Shown here piece after piece: positions 1-8,189 of a stretch of 32,000 bases of DNA; positions within the stretch are counted from its first letter, which is position 1, and each line of letters starts with the position of its first letter. Under the pieces are notes generated by a model, which worked only from the letters and a program-made list of their open reading frames with translations, did no database searches and had not been told where the DNA came from. The position numbers and the translations under genes were made by a program. Source of the stretch: Bacilli bacterium (GTDB lineage: Bacteria > Bacillota_I > Bacilli_A > RF39 > UBA660); the NCBI GenBank assembly GCA_900771805.1, contig CAAGPL010000002.1:1-32000 (forward strand), given 5' to 3'.

Positions 1-67
1 ATTTTCCCTTGAAATATATATAATACTATATATATTTCATAGTATCATATATACTGAAAAAGGATGA

Positions 68-152
68 ACTTGTGGCAGTGGTAAAAAATATAAGCAATGT
101 TGTGGCAAATAAGCTTGCAAAGTCTTATAAATAAAGGACTTGCGAGCTTTTT
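68..152 (+). repeat. Direct repeat copy 1: orphan SEC-C-type zinc-motif coding remnant (TCGSGKKYKQCCGK-stop, 68-112) followed by a hairpin plus T-tract (about 112-152)
   Basis: Translation of 68-112 gives the C-terminal SEC-C-like motif GSGKKYKxCC, but in-frame stops lie immediately upstream. The stem agcttgcaaagtc/gacttgcgagct is followed by ttttt. About 85 bp is similar to 1047-1131. Confidence 0.6.
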
Positions 153-191
153 GCTACTTAAATTTTTAGGTAATTTTACCTCAAAAAAGGT

Positions 192-223
192 GTTTAGATA
201 CGTTTTAGATACGTTTTAGATAC
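192..223. repeat. Three tandem copies of an 11-bp unit, GTTT(T)AGATAC
   Basis: Read directly: gtttagatac gttttagatac gttttagatac, followed by g+T7. It lies about 70 bp upstream of the 293 start codon. Confidence 0.8.
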
Positions 224-292
224 GTTTTTTTGCATGGTTCTGCCGCAAAAAATTGTATTTGGTGATATAATAAAAACTCAGGAGTGATATTA

Positions 293-997
293 ATGGTTAA
301 TAGAAATATTCAAATATTTAATTATAAATATAAATTAGCAATAGAAGAATTGTTTGACATGCGAACTGGATATGTATTAGATTTTTCAAATAATACATTT
401 GAAAGATTTGTATTTGAATCTGTTGGTATTGGGATATATTCTGATCAGGGCTATGAGGAGTATACATCAAAAGCAAACAAATTAAGGCAAATCTTGAATA
501 ATGAAAGCTCTCATATTGTTGCTAAATTAGTATTAGATTTGCTTGATTATTGTGAAAACTATAAATTAAAACTAAATAAATTAACTGAATATGATAGAAA
601 AATTATAAAAGAAATAAAGGATATATGTTTAAAACATGTTGATGATGATTATAGAATTAAAATGCCAGATGATTTAAACAAAAAAATAGAATTAATTTCT
701 ACTAGAAATGCAACATTTGAACAAATGCCAGCGGACGAAAAAATAAAAGAATTGGGAAATTTAATAGAGTTTATGTTAAAAGGTAAAAATGGATTTGCTA
801 GTATTGATTATTCTTTTTCATCAAATTTGATTGATGAAGATTCTGTTATCAAATTTAGAAAAAAGATTCAATGCTTTAGGCATTCGTCAAAAGAGAGTAT
901 CAATGAAAGAAATAGTTTTACTATGGAACAAAAATCTTTTCTAATAGAATATGGCATATTATTAAATGTATATATATATAATCAAATATCTAAATAA
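293..997 (+). CDS. Hypothetical protein (234 aa from the ATG at 293; the ORF track starts at GTG 284)
   Basis: Long ORF. AGGAG lies 9 nt upstream of ATG 293. I recognise no motif. It is flanked by the two SEC-C/terminator repeats. Confidence 0.6.
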   Translation: MVNRNIQIFNYKYKLAIEELFDMRTGYVLDFSNNTFERFVFESVGIGIYSDQGYEEYTSKANKLRQILNNESSHIVAKLVLDLLDYCENYKLKLNKLTEYDRKIIKEIKDICLKHVDDDYRIKMPDDLNKKIELISTRNATFEQMPADEKIKELGNLIEFMLKGKNGFASIDYSFSSNLIDEDSVIKFRKKIQCFRHSSKESINERNSFTMEQKSFLIEYGILLNVYIYNQISK

Positions 998-1046
998 AAT
1001 GATATAATTAAAAAGGAAAGAATTACAAGGTTGTTTTAATATCTTA

Positions 1047-1131
1047 CCTTGTGGCAGTGGTAAAAAATATAAACAATGTTGTGGTAAATAACTCGTAAAG
1101 TCCCATAAATAAAGGGAAAACGCGAGTTTTT
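1047..1131 (+). repeat. Direct repeat copy 2: SEC-C-type remnant (PCGSGKKYKQCCGK-stop, 1047-1091) plus a degenerate terminator-like segment
   Basis: cttgtggcagtggtaaaaaatataaRcaatgttgtggYaaataa is shared with copy 1. The downstream aagtcNNataaataaagg...cgagttttt is also shared. There is no plausible start codon (a TAA lies 13 codons upstream). Confidence 0.6.
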
Positions 1132-1163
1132 CTTTTTATCAAAAAATTGCCTAAAATATTGGC

Positions 1164-1186
1164 TGGAGCCACTTTGGAGCCATTTT
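1164..1186. repeat. Tandem 11-bp repeat TGGAGCCA(c/t)TT x2, bracketed by AAATATTGG direct repeats (1154-1162 and 1192-1200)
   Basis: Read directly. It occupies the same relative position (after the SEC-C remnant, before the next gene) as the 192-223 repeat. Confidence 0.7.
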
Positions 1187-1251
1187 GATTTAAATATTGG
1201 ACTATACAAGTAAAATCTATTATGGCTTCATGGTATAATTATGTATGAAAG

Positions 1252-1740
1252 TTGGTGATTAAATTGAATTATGAAATAATTGATGTAAAACAAGATGAAA
1301 AAGAAAAGTTATATAAATTATTACAGTATGCTTTATATGATGGTTCGCAATACATTGATAATGACATAAATGAAGATTGTATATTTGAATATAGATGGTT
1401 TGATAATTATTTTACCGATAATGATCGAAATTCATATTTTATTAAAAGTGGAAATGCCTATGTAGGAATGGTTATGGTAAACGAGAATTTGAAATTTAAT
1501 AAAGACGGTAAATGCATTGCCGAGTTCTTAATAATGCCAAGATTCAGAAGAAATCATATTGATAAAAAGGTTGCATATGAAATATTTGAAAAATTTAAGG
1601 GCAATTGGGAAGTTCAACCGATGGAGAATAATCCTATTGCATATTCATTTTGGAAGAATATTATATCAGAATATACAAATGGTAATTATATAACTAAAAA
1701 TGATGGAATAGAGGATGTATTCGTTTTTAATAATAAATAG
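1252..1740 (+). CDS. GNAT-fold acetyltransferase-like protein (162 aa)
   Basis: The segment AEFLIMPRFRRNHIDKKVAYEIF resembles the GNAT motif A (R/Q-x-x-G-x-G/A region). Size is typical. The TTG start (1252) is uncertain; GTG 1255 is an alternative. Confidence 0.55.
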   Translation: MVIKLNYEIIDVKQDEKEKLYKLLQYALYDGSQYIDNDINEDCIFEYRWFDNYFTDNDRNSYFIKSGNAYVGMVMVNENLKFNKDGKCIAEFLIMPRFRRNHIDKKVAYEIFEKFKGNWEVQPMENNPIAYSFWKNIISEYTNGNYITKNDGIEDVFVFNNK

Positions 1741-1752
1741 AGGTGTTAATTT

Positions 1753-2235
1753 ATGCAAGTAATAGAATATGAAGATAAATATCTAGAAGATGTTAAAGAC
1801 TTATTAGTTGAACTTGAAGAGTATATTGTATCAATAGATAAAGATCATTTGGATCAAGTTCATCCTGAATATAGGGAAAAAATGGCATTTTTAGATTTAG
1901 AAGAAGTTAATAAGAACAACGGTAAATGTTATTTGGCAGTAGAAAATAATAAAGTAATTGGCTTAATCATGGGTTGCATATTCCCATATGATGAATATGA
2001 TTATCTAGACTATAAATGTCCAAAAAGAGGAGAAATTACAGAATTAATCGTTACAAATAAAATTAGAAGTAAAGGCATAGGTCAAGAACTAATAAATAAA
2101 ATGGAAGAATACTTTAAATCCGTTGGATGTGAATATGTAATAGTTGATGTATTCGCCTACAATGATATTGGTAAGAATTTTTATAATAAAAAAGATTATC
2201 ATGCAAGAATGGAAACAATGATAAAGAAAATATAG
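1753..2235 (+). CDS. GNAT family N-acetyltransferase (160 aa)
   Basis: ITELIVTNKIRSKGIGQELINKMEEYFKSVGCEYVIVDVFAYNDIGKNFYNKKDY is a classical acetyl-CoA binding motif A/B. GAGGTG RBS precedes the ATG. Confidence 0.8.
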   Translation: MQVIEYEDKYLEDVKDLLVELEEYIVSIDKDHLDQVHPEYREKMAFLDLEEVNKNNGKCYLAVENNKVIGLIMGCIFPYDEYDYLDYKCPKRGEITELIVTNKIRSKGIGQELINKMEEYFKSVGCEYVIVDVFAYNDIGKNFYNKKDYHARMETMIKKI

Positions 2236-2264
2236 TGAGGGAAGTAAACAATATGAAACATTAA

Positions 2265-2384
2265 ATGAAATTAAACGATGGACCATTTGAACGAATAAAA
2301 AATGGAACAAAGACCATAAAATTAAGATTAAATGCTGAAAAAAGACAATTGTTAAAAATTAATATTAATTACTATCTGATGTAA
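2265..2384 (+). pseudogene. Truncated ASCH-domain-like ORF (39 codons)
   Basis: MKLNDGPFERIKNGTKTIKLRLNAEKRQLLKIN... resembles the N-terminus of ASCH-domain proteins (xxPFExIKSGxKTIExRLxDEKR) but stops after 39 aa. This comes from memory of the family, not from a search. Confidence 0.35.
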
Positions 2385-2389
2385 TAAGA

Positions 2390-2415
2390 GGCTAAGATTT
2401 ATTCTTAGTCTTTTT
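2390..2415 (+). terminator. Rho-independent terminator candidate
   Basis: The 8-bp stem ggctaaga/tcttagtc (one G-U pair) has a 5-nt loop and is followed by ttttt. Confidence 0.5.
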
Positions 2416-2448
2416 ATAAATTATGATATAATGAATGTAGGTGGTTTT

Positions 2449-3051
2449 ATGTCTAAAGTATCTAATGTTATAACAATGCTAGAATTGTTACAAAACGGAA
2501 AAAAATATAGTATTAATGAACTTTCTAATGAGCTTGAAGTATCAGAAAGAATGATTAGAGTTTATAAAGAAGATTTAGAAAAAGCAGGGATTTATGTAGA
2601 TACAATTATGGGACCATATGGAGGATATGTATTAAATCAGCAGATTCGTATGCCAATTAGAAAATTTAAATTAAAAGATGCAAAACTATTAGATAAATAT
2701 ATATTAAAAGAAAAAGATAAGAAGATAAAAGAAGAATTAATTATGCTTCAAGATAAAATAAAAGGTGTTTATATAGGGAGCAAACAAGAAGAAAAAGAGT
2801 TAAATTTAAAAGAAGAAACTGGAAAAAAATACAATTTGTTAACAAGAGACATAAAAGAAAAAAGAAAAGTTAAATTATTGTATTATTCTTATGGTAAGGG
2901 AGAAAATCAAAGAATTATATATCCTGCTGAAATGTTTTTGTTTCAAAATGGTTGGTACTGTGCAGCATTTTGTGAAATGAGACAAGATATTAGACATTTT
3001 GAATTGAAAAGAATAATAAATTGTGAATTATTAGATGAAAAATATGAGTAG
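2449..3051 (+). CDS. HTH plus WYL-domain transcriptional regulator (200 aa from ATG 2449)
   Basis: N-terminal winged-HTH segment (YSINELSNELEVSERMIRVYKEDLEKAGIYV). C-terminal WYL signature (FQNGWYCAAFCEMRQDIRHFELKRI). AGGTGG RBS lies before ATG 2449. The track start at 2431 overlaps a TGaTATAAT extended -10. Confidence 0.8.
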   Translation: MSKVSNVITMLELLQNGKKYSINELSNELEVSERMIRVYKEDLEKAGIYVDTIMGPYGGYVLNQQIRMPIRKFKLKDAKLLDKYILKEKDKKIKEELIMLQDKIKGVYIGSKQEEKELNLKEETGKKYNLLTRDIKEKRKVKLLYYSYGKGENQRIIYPAEMFLFQNGWYCAAFCEMRQDIRHFELKRIINCELLDEKYE

Positions 3052-3063
3052 ACGAAATATTGC

Positions 3064-3095
3064 CTCCTTTTAAGTTATAGTTAACTTAAAAGGAG
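3064..3095 (+). promoter_or_regulatory. Perfect 14-bp inverted repeat or hairpin that covers the RBS of the 3103 gene
   Basis: ctccttttaagtta-tagt-taacttaaaaggag. The right arm contains AAAGGAG 8 nt upstream of ATG 3103. No T-tract follows it. Confidence 0.7.
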
Positions 3096-3102
3096 AATTA
3101 TT

Positions 3103-4377
3103 ATGGAAAATGAAAAATTTATAAAACTGATATTAAATGATGAATATATTAATTGGATTAATATTTTTATTGAACAATATGAGGAATTTGACGATTGCTA
3201 TTTTCTGCACAACGGTAGAGAATTTTTAAGTGAAAAAGAAATTGATTTTATCTGTTATATATCAACTTTATTTGATCAAATTAATAAATATGGATTTAAA
3301 AATGGAATTACATTTAAAAATACATTTTGTTATTTGTTAAAATACAATGAAAAATTTTATGAAATTTTTGATAGCGGAGATTGTTACTGTTGTAAAATTG
3401 GTGAAAAAGATGATGATGTGCCAGTAATAGACTATAATCAATTCAAAAAATATTATCAAAAAAATATGCAAGTTAATTTTGATATTTTAAAAGAAAGAGT
3501 TATTGATTCATTAGAATCTACTGATTTGAAATTTATTAGAAAAGAATTATCTAAATTAAGTGGTCCAACATTATTTAGTGGTGTTGGAGGCTCAAGTGTG
3601 GTTAGTGAATTTGGAGCAAAGGTTATTAATGCTAAAAACGGTATAGTTTCAATAAATAGGGAGCCAAGAGACTTCTTATATCAAAATAATAAAGCATTTA
3701 AAAATGTTATATCGTGTAGTTACAGCGGAAATAATTATGGAGTTGAATTATCTTTTGAAAATCAGTTAAAAAAATATCTATTATCCAACAACTCTTTTAA
3801 TGATAGGGATGTAACTTATTTAAAATATAATACTAATATTCCAAAAGAAAATAGTTTTATTTCTGTTGGTGCTACATTAATTCCGGTAAGCATATTGATG
3901 GACTATTATTTAAATGGACAAAAAAATTTGATATTAGATTGTATAGAAGAATCATCATTTAAATTTGATTTAGAAAGTGATATATACGAAATATTTAGTG
4001 GTTACGATACAAGTGTGGCATCAAAATATTTAGAATCAACTATGGTTGAATCCGGAATTGGAATACCAATAGTTCATGATAAATATTCTTATTGTCACGG
4101 TAGGAGTACACTTGCTATTAATTATAATAATGTAGCTATTTATTATAATAGAAATACTGAATTTGACAGAATCATGCTAGAAGAATTGAAAAAATATTAT
4201 AGTAGAATTATCACTATTGATTCCAAATTTGAAGACCAAATATTAGATGATTATCAAATGCTTGTGCAAAGTATGTATCTAACAAAGTATATTTCTTATA
4301 AAAAAGAAAAAGATTTATCCAAAGTAGAATATTCACCAATAATAAAAAAATTGTATAAATATAATGGTCAAATTTAA
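3103..4377 (+). CDS. Hypothetical protein (424 aa) with a possible SIS/Rossmann-like central region
   Basis: Long ORF with an RBS. FSGVGGSSVVSEFGAKVI and VISCSYSGNNYGVE loosely resemble the two Gly/Ser-rich loops of SIS (GmhA-like) domains. The Cys-containing N-terminal ~130 aa is unrecognised. Confidence 0.6.
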   Translation: MENEKFIKLILNDEYINWINIFIEQYEEFDDCYFLHNGREFLSEKEIDFICYISTLFDQINKYGFKNGITFKNTFCYLLKYNEKFYEIFDSGDCYCCKIGEKDDDVPVIDYNQFKKYYQKNMQVNFDILKERVIDSLESTDLKFIRKELSKLSGPTLFSGVGGSSVVSEFGAKVINAKNGIVSINREPRDFLYQNNKAFKNVISCSYSGNNYGVELSFENQLKKYLLSNNSFNDRDVTYLKYNTNIPKENSFISVGATLIPVSILMDYYLNGQKNLILDCIEESSFKFDLESDIYEIFSGYDTSVASKYLESTMVESGIGIPIVHDKYSYCHGRSTLAINYNNVAIYYNRNTEFDRIMLEELKKYYSRIITIDSKFEDQILDDYQMLVQSMYLTKYISYKKEKDLSKVEYSPIIKKLYKYNGQI

Positions 4378-4583
4378 TTATGATAATTTTTCTTAAAAAA
4401 ATATAATTTCATATTCTAGATATTTTAAAAGAAATTTTCGTTGGTTATAATTTATTTATATTTTTTATGTATTAAAGGTTTAAAAATTTTAATGGAATTT
4501 AAAATGTTAAAAAATACTATGTTTTTTTTGTAATAGATTTAAATAAGAAAAAAATTGTGTTATACTATACTATAGGTGATTAT

Positions 4584-5697
4584 ATGGAAATTACAAATAA
4601 AGATATAGAAATATTAAATAATAAATTTAATCAAATATGGAGGTCTCTTTGAGGTAGAAGAAAAACAAAAAGAGATAAAAAAACTAAATGAAAAATTATC
4701 AGAACCAAATATTTGGGATGATAGTAAGAATGCCGAGAAACTAACTAAAAAAATGAGTGAATTAAATGAGATTATTAATCCTATTATTAAGTTAAAAGAA
4801 AATTTAGATACTTTAAATCAGTTTAAAGAATTTGATGAAAAGTCCTTAGATTCTGCTTTAAAAAAAGAATTTGAAAAATTATATGAAAATTCTAATATAG
4901 AGTTAGAAAAGCAAGAGACACTTACATATTTGTCCGGAAAATTTGATAATAATGCTGCTATTTTTGAGATACACGCCGGGGCAGGTGGTACAGAAAGCTG
5001 TGATTGGGCAATGATGCTTTCTAGAATGTATACAAAATATTTTGATAAAAAAAATTATTCATATGAAGTAATAGATGAGCAAGAAGGCGAAGAGGCTGGA
5101 ATAAAAAGTATTGTGTATATTGTAAAAGGAGCATATGCTTATGGATATTTAAAAAATGAAAAAGGGGTTCATAGGTTAGTTAGATTATCTCCGTTTGACT
5201 CAAATAACAGGCGTCATACTTCTTTTGCAGCAGTAGATGTTATACCAGAATTTGATGATGATATAGATATAGAAATAAAAGATAGTGATATTAGAGTTGA
5301 TGTATATAGAAGTAGTGGAGCTGGAGGACAAGGTGTAAACACAACAGATTCCGCTGTTAGAATAACTCATATTAAAACAGGAATAGTAGTTACTTGTCAA
5401 AATGAACGAAGTCAGATAAAAAATAAAGAAACAGCACTTAAAGTTTTAAAAAGTAAGTTATATCAAAAAGAATTAAAAACGAGAAAAGAAAAAATTGATT
5501 CTATGAAAAGTGATCATAACGAAATAGAATTTGGCTCACAAATAAGAAGTTATGTACTTCATCCTTATTCAATGATAAAAGATCATAGAACAGGGTATGA
5601 AACATCTAATGTTAATAAAGTTTTAGATGGTAATTTAGATGGTTTTATAGAAAGTAACTTAAAAGGAGAGAAAAATGAGATTAATAAAAAAATTTAG
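4584..5697 (+). CDS. prfB: Peptide chain release factor 2, requiring a programmed +1 frameshift at 4647-4652
   Basis: ORF0 (ATG 4584, MEITNKDIEILNNKFNQIWRSL) ends at TGA 4650-4652. The +1 frame is open from 4651 and joins the track ORF 4753-5697. SPF (RLSPFDS) and GGQ (SGAGGQGVN) motifs are present. Confidence 0.93.
4640..4653 (+). promoter_or_regulatory. RF2 autoregulatory frameshift site (SD-like GGAGG, then CTT TGA G)
   Basis: The sequence tGGAGGtctCTTTGAg matches the canonical arrangement: internal Shine-Dalgarno, 3-nt spacer, then the slippery CUU-UGA. Confidence 0.9.
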
Positions 5698-6580
5698 AAG
5701 TAAAAGAGAATTAAAGATTTTAAAAAGTGCTAAAAATGCTAGTATAATTAAAAGATATTTATTTTTAATAATAGGTACACTTATATACGCAACTTCTTAT
5801 AACTTATTTTTCTTTAAAAATAATATAGTTTATGGAGGTGCAAGTGGTATTTCTATAATAACACAAAAAATTATTGATCCATCTGTAATGATTCTTATTT
5901 TAAATGTTTTCTTTATATCACTTAGTTTACTTTTTTTAGGAAAAGAAAAAACACTTGATTCTGTATTAGGATCCATTTTGTTTCCGATTTTTGTTAAATT
6001 AACAGTAAATATTGGAAATTATATACAAATAGATAATGATAATCTTTTATTAATAGCAATAATAGGTGGTGTTGTAATAGGGTTTGCTTCTGGAATAATA
6101 TTTAAAAGTGGTTTTACAACAGGTGGAACAGATATATTAAATCAAATTGTTTCAAAATATCTTAAGGTATCAATTGGCACATCAATGCTTATGACAGACG
6201 GTGTAATAGTTTTATTAGGAGGCTTCTTCTTTGGATGGACAAGAGTTTTATATGCACTTATAGTTTTATATATAATTAATATAATGGTTGATAAAGTGGT
6301 AATTGGAATATCTAGCAATAAAGCAGTATATATAACAACTGATGAAGATGATTTGATTTGTGATTATTTATTAAACGAACTAAATGTTGGTATAACCTTA
6401 ATAGAAACAAGAGGGGGTTATACTAATAAAAAAGATCAAATAATAATGTGTGTTGTGCCAACTAGTTTATATTTTGAACTTAAAAGTGGTATAACAAAAA
6501 TAGATTCAAAAGCTGTTATATTAGTTACAGACGCATATCAAACGTCAGGAATATATACTAAAAATACAAGTATTATGTAG
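5675..6580 (+). CDS. YitT-family membrane protein (C-terminal DUF2179)
   Basis: Multiple TM helices, a GFTTGGTDIL motif and a C-terminal soluble domain (ETRGGYTNKKDQIIMCVV...AVILVTDAYQTSG). GGAGAG RBS is present. It overlaps the prfB end by 23 nt. Confidence 0.8.
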   Translation: MRLIKKFRSKRELKILKSAKNASIIKRYLFLIIGTLIYATSYNLFFFKNNIVYGGASGISIITQKIIDPSVMILILNVFFISLSLLFLGKEKTLDSVLGSILFPIFVKLTVNIGNYIQIDNDNLLLIAIIGGVVIGFASGIIFKSGFTTGGTDILNQIVSKYLKVSIGTSMLMTDGVIVLLGGFFFGWTRVLYALIVLYIINIMVDKVVIGISSNKAVYITTDEDDLICDYLLNELNVGITLIETRGGYTNKKDQIIMCVVPTSLYFELKSGITKIDSKAVILVTDAYQTSGIYTKNTSIM

Positions 6581-6604
6581 ATTTGAAAAGGAAGGTGTAG
6601 TAAT

Positions 6605-7303
6605 ATGGAATTTATTAAATTTAAGAATGTTGAAAAAACATATAAAAATGGTGTTAATGCAGTATATGATATGAACCTTGATATAAAAAAAGGTGAATTT
6701 GTTTTTGTAATAGGAGCATCTGGTTCTGGTAAATCTACTCTTATAAAAATGTTATACAGAGAAGAAAGACCAACAAAAGGAGAGATATTTGTTGGGGGTG
6801 TAAATGTAGCTAAAGTTAAAAATAATAAAGTTTATAAATTAAGAAGAAAAATAGGAATAGTATTCCAAGATTATAAATTATTACCAAAATTAACAGTATA
6901 TGAAAATGTAGCTTTTGCTCTTGAAATTTATGGTCTTCCAACACCTGAAATTAAAAAGAAGGTATTAAAAGCACTAGATTTAGTTGGTTTAAAACAAAGA
7001 ACAAAAAGTTATCCAAACCAATTGTCTGGTGGTGAACAACAGCGTGTTGCAATAGCACGTGCAATAGTTAACTCACCAAAATTACTTATATGTGATGAGC
7101 CAACTGGTAATTTAGATCCAGACACTAGTCTAGAAGTTATGAAAGTAATAGAGAAAATTAATGATTTGGGTACTACAGTTGTTATGGCAACTCATGATAG
7201 AGAAATGGTTAATAAAATGAAAAAAAGAGTTGTTTTATTAGACAAAGGAAAACTTGTAAAAGATTATGAGAAAGGAAGTTATACTCATTATGAAAGCAAT
7301 TAG
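6605..7303 (+). CDS. ftsE: Cell-division ABC ATPase FtsE
   Basis: Walker [10 protein letters not shown], signature [14 protein letters not shown] and Walker [13 protein letters not shown]. It is followed by ftsX. Confidence 0.92.
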   Translation: MEFIKFKNVEKTYKNGVNAVYDMNLDIKKGEFVFVIGASGSGKSTLIKMLYREERPTKGEIFVGGVNVAKVKNNKVYKLRRKIGIVFQDYKLLPKLTVYENVAFALEIYGLPTPEIKKKVLKALDLVGLKQRTKSYPNQLSGGEQQRVAIARAIVNSPKLLICDEPTGNLDPDTSLEVMKVIEKINDLGTTVVMATHDREMVNKMKKRVVLLDKGKLVKDYEKGSYTHYESN

Positions 7304-8189
7304 AATATTAAGAAGAAATATAAGAGATGGTTTTAAAAGTGTAGGAAGAAATTTAAGTTTATCTATAGCATCTATTTCTTGTATTACAATTACATTATTA
7401 ATAGTAGGTATTGCTCTTGTTTTGTCTTATAATGTTGAAAATATGACAAAACTTGTTAAAGAGGATTTTACAATAGTTACTTTTATAGATACTAAAGCAA
7501 ATACAGAAGATATTAACAAACTAAAAGAAAACATTGAAGCTTTTGATAATGTAGAAGAAGTAACACATCAAACAAAAAAAGAAATAGCAGAAGATATGAA
7601 ACAAACATCTGATTCACTAGCTTCTATAATAAACACTTGGACAGATGAAAATAACCCTTTATATGATACTTTATTAGTTAAAGTTAAAAATACTGATAAA
7701 ATATCAAAAACAGCAAGTAAACTTCAAAGTTTAGATTTAGTTAAAGAAGTAAAATATGGTCAAGGAATGGTTGAAAGTTTACTTAAAGTATTTAAAGTTT
7801 TAGAAAAAGCAATGTTAGTTGCTATGATAGCATTAGTTTTTGTAACATTATTTTTAATAACTAATACAATAAAAATAACTATTTTTTCAAGAAAAAGAGA
7901 AATAGAAATAATGAGACTTGTAGGAGCTTCAAACTTTTCTATAAAACAACCATTTGTAATTGAAGGCTTTTGTTTAGGCTTTTTAGGTGCAATAATTCCA
8001 ATTTGTGCAACATTATATGGTTATTCAGCTATATATAAACATTTTAATGGACAATTATTTTCTCCGTTTGTTAAATTAGTTCCTGCAGAGCCATTTATAT
8101 ATTTCGTATCATTAATATTATTAGGATTAGGTGTTGTAGTTGGTATGTATGGTAGTTATAAAGCAGTAAGAAAGTATTTAAAAATATAA
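7290..8189 (+). CDS. ftsX: Cell-division permease-like protein FtsX
   Basis: [21 protein letters not shown] is a typical FtsX N-terminus. It has an extracellular domain and three C-terminal TMs (MRLVGASNFSIKQPFVIEG). The track start at 7266 is an alternative. Confidence 0.88.
   Translation: MKAIRILRRNIRDGFKSVGRNLSLSIASISCITITLLIVGIALVLSYNVENMTKLVKEDFTIVTFIDTKANTEDINKLKENIEAFDNVEEVTHQTKKEIAEDMKQTSDSLASIINTWTDENNPLYDTLLVKVKNTDKISKTASKLQSLDLVKEVKYGQGMVESLLKVFKVLEKAMLVAMIALVFVTLFLITNTIKITIFSRKREIEIMRLVGASNFSIKQPFVIEGFCLGFLGAIIPICATLYGYSAIYKHFNGQLFSPFVKLVPAEPFIYFVSLILLGLGVVVGMYGSYKAVRKYLKI

Noticed and set aside
1252-2235. Two adjacent GNAT genes as a possible GNAT-toxin/antitoxin pair
   Set aside because: No small RHH or HTH antitoxin ORF is adjacent. 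Both are ordinary-sized GNATs with separate RBSs, so there is no support for a TacT/AtaT-type module.
2089-2310. Minus-strand 73-aa ORF, together with similar 61-93-aa antisense ORFs at 5200-5400, 8394-8588, 10394-10597, 13257-13445, 13711-13917, 14002-14190, 14305-14493, 14956-15257, 20228-20425, 20677-20958, 21374-21646, 24366-24617, 27994-28203, 28505-28747 and 29562-29747
   Set aside because: All lie antisense inside well-supported conserved genes. They have low-complexity Leu/Phe/Ile/Ser-rich translations typical of AT-rich shadow frames, and none has a convincing RBS.
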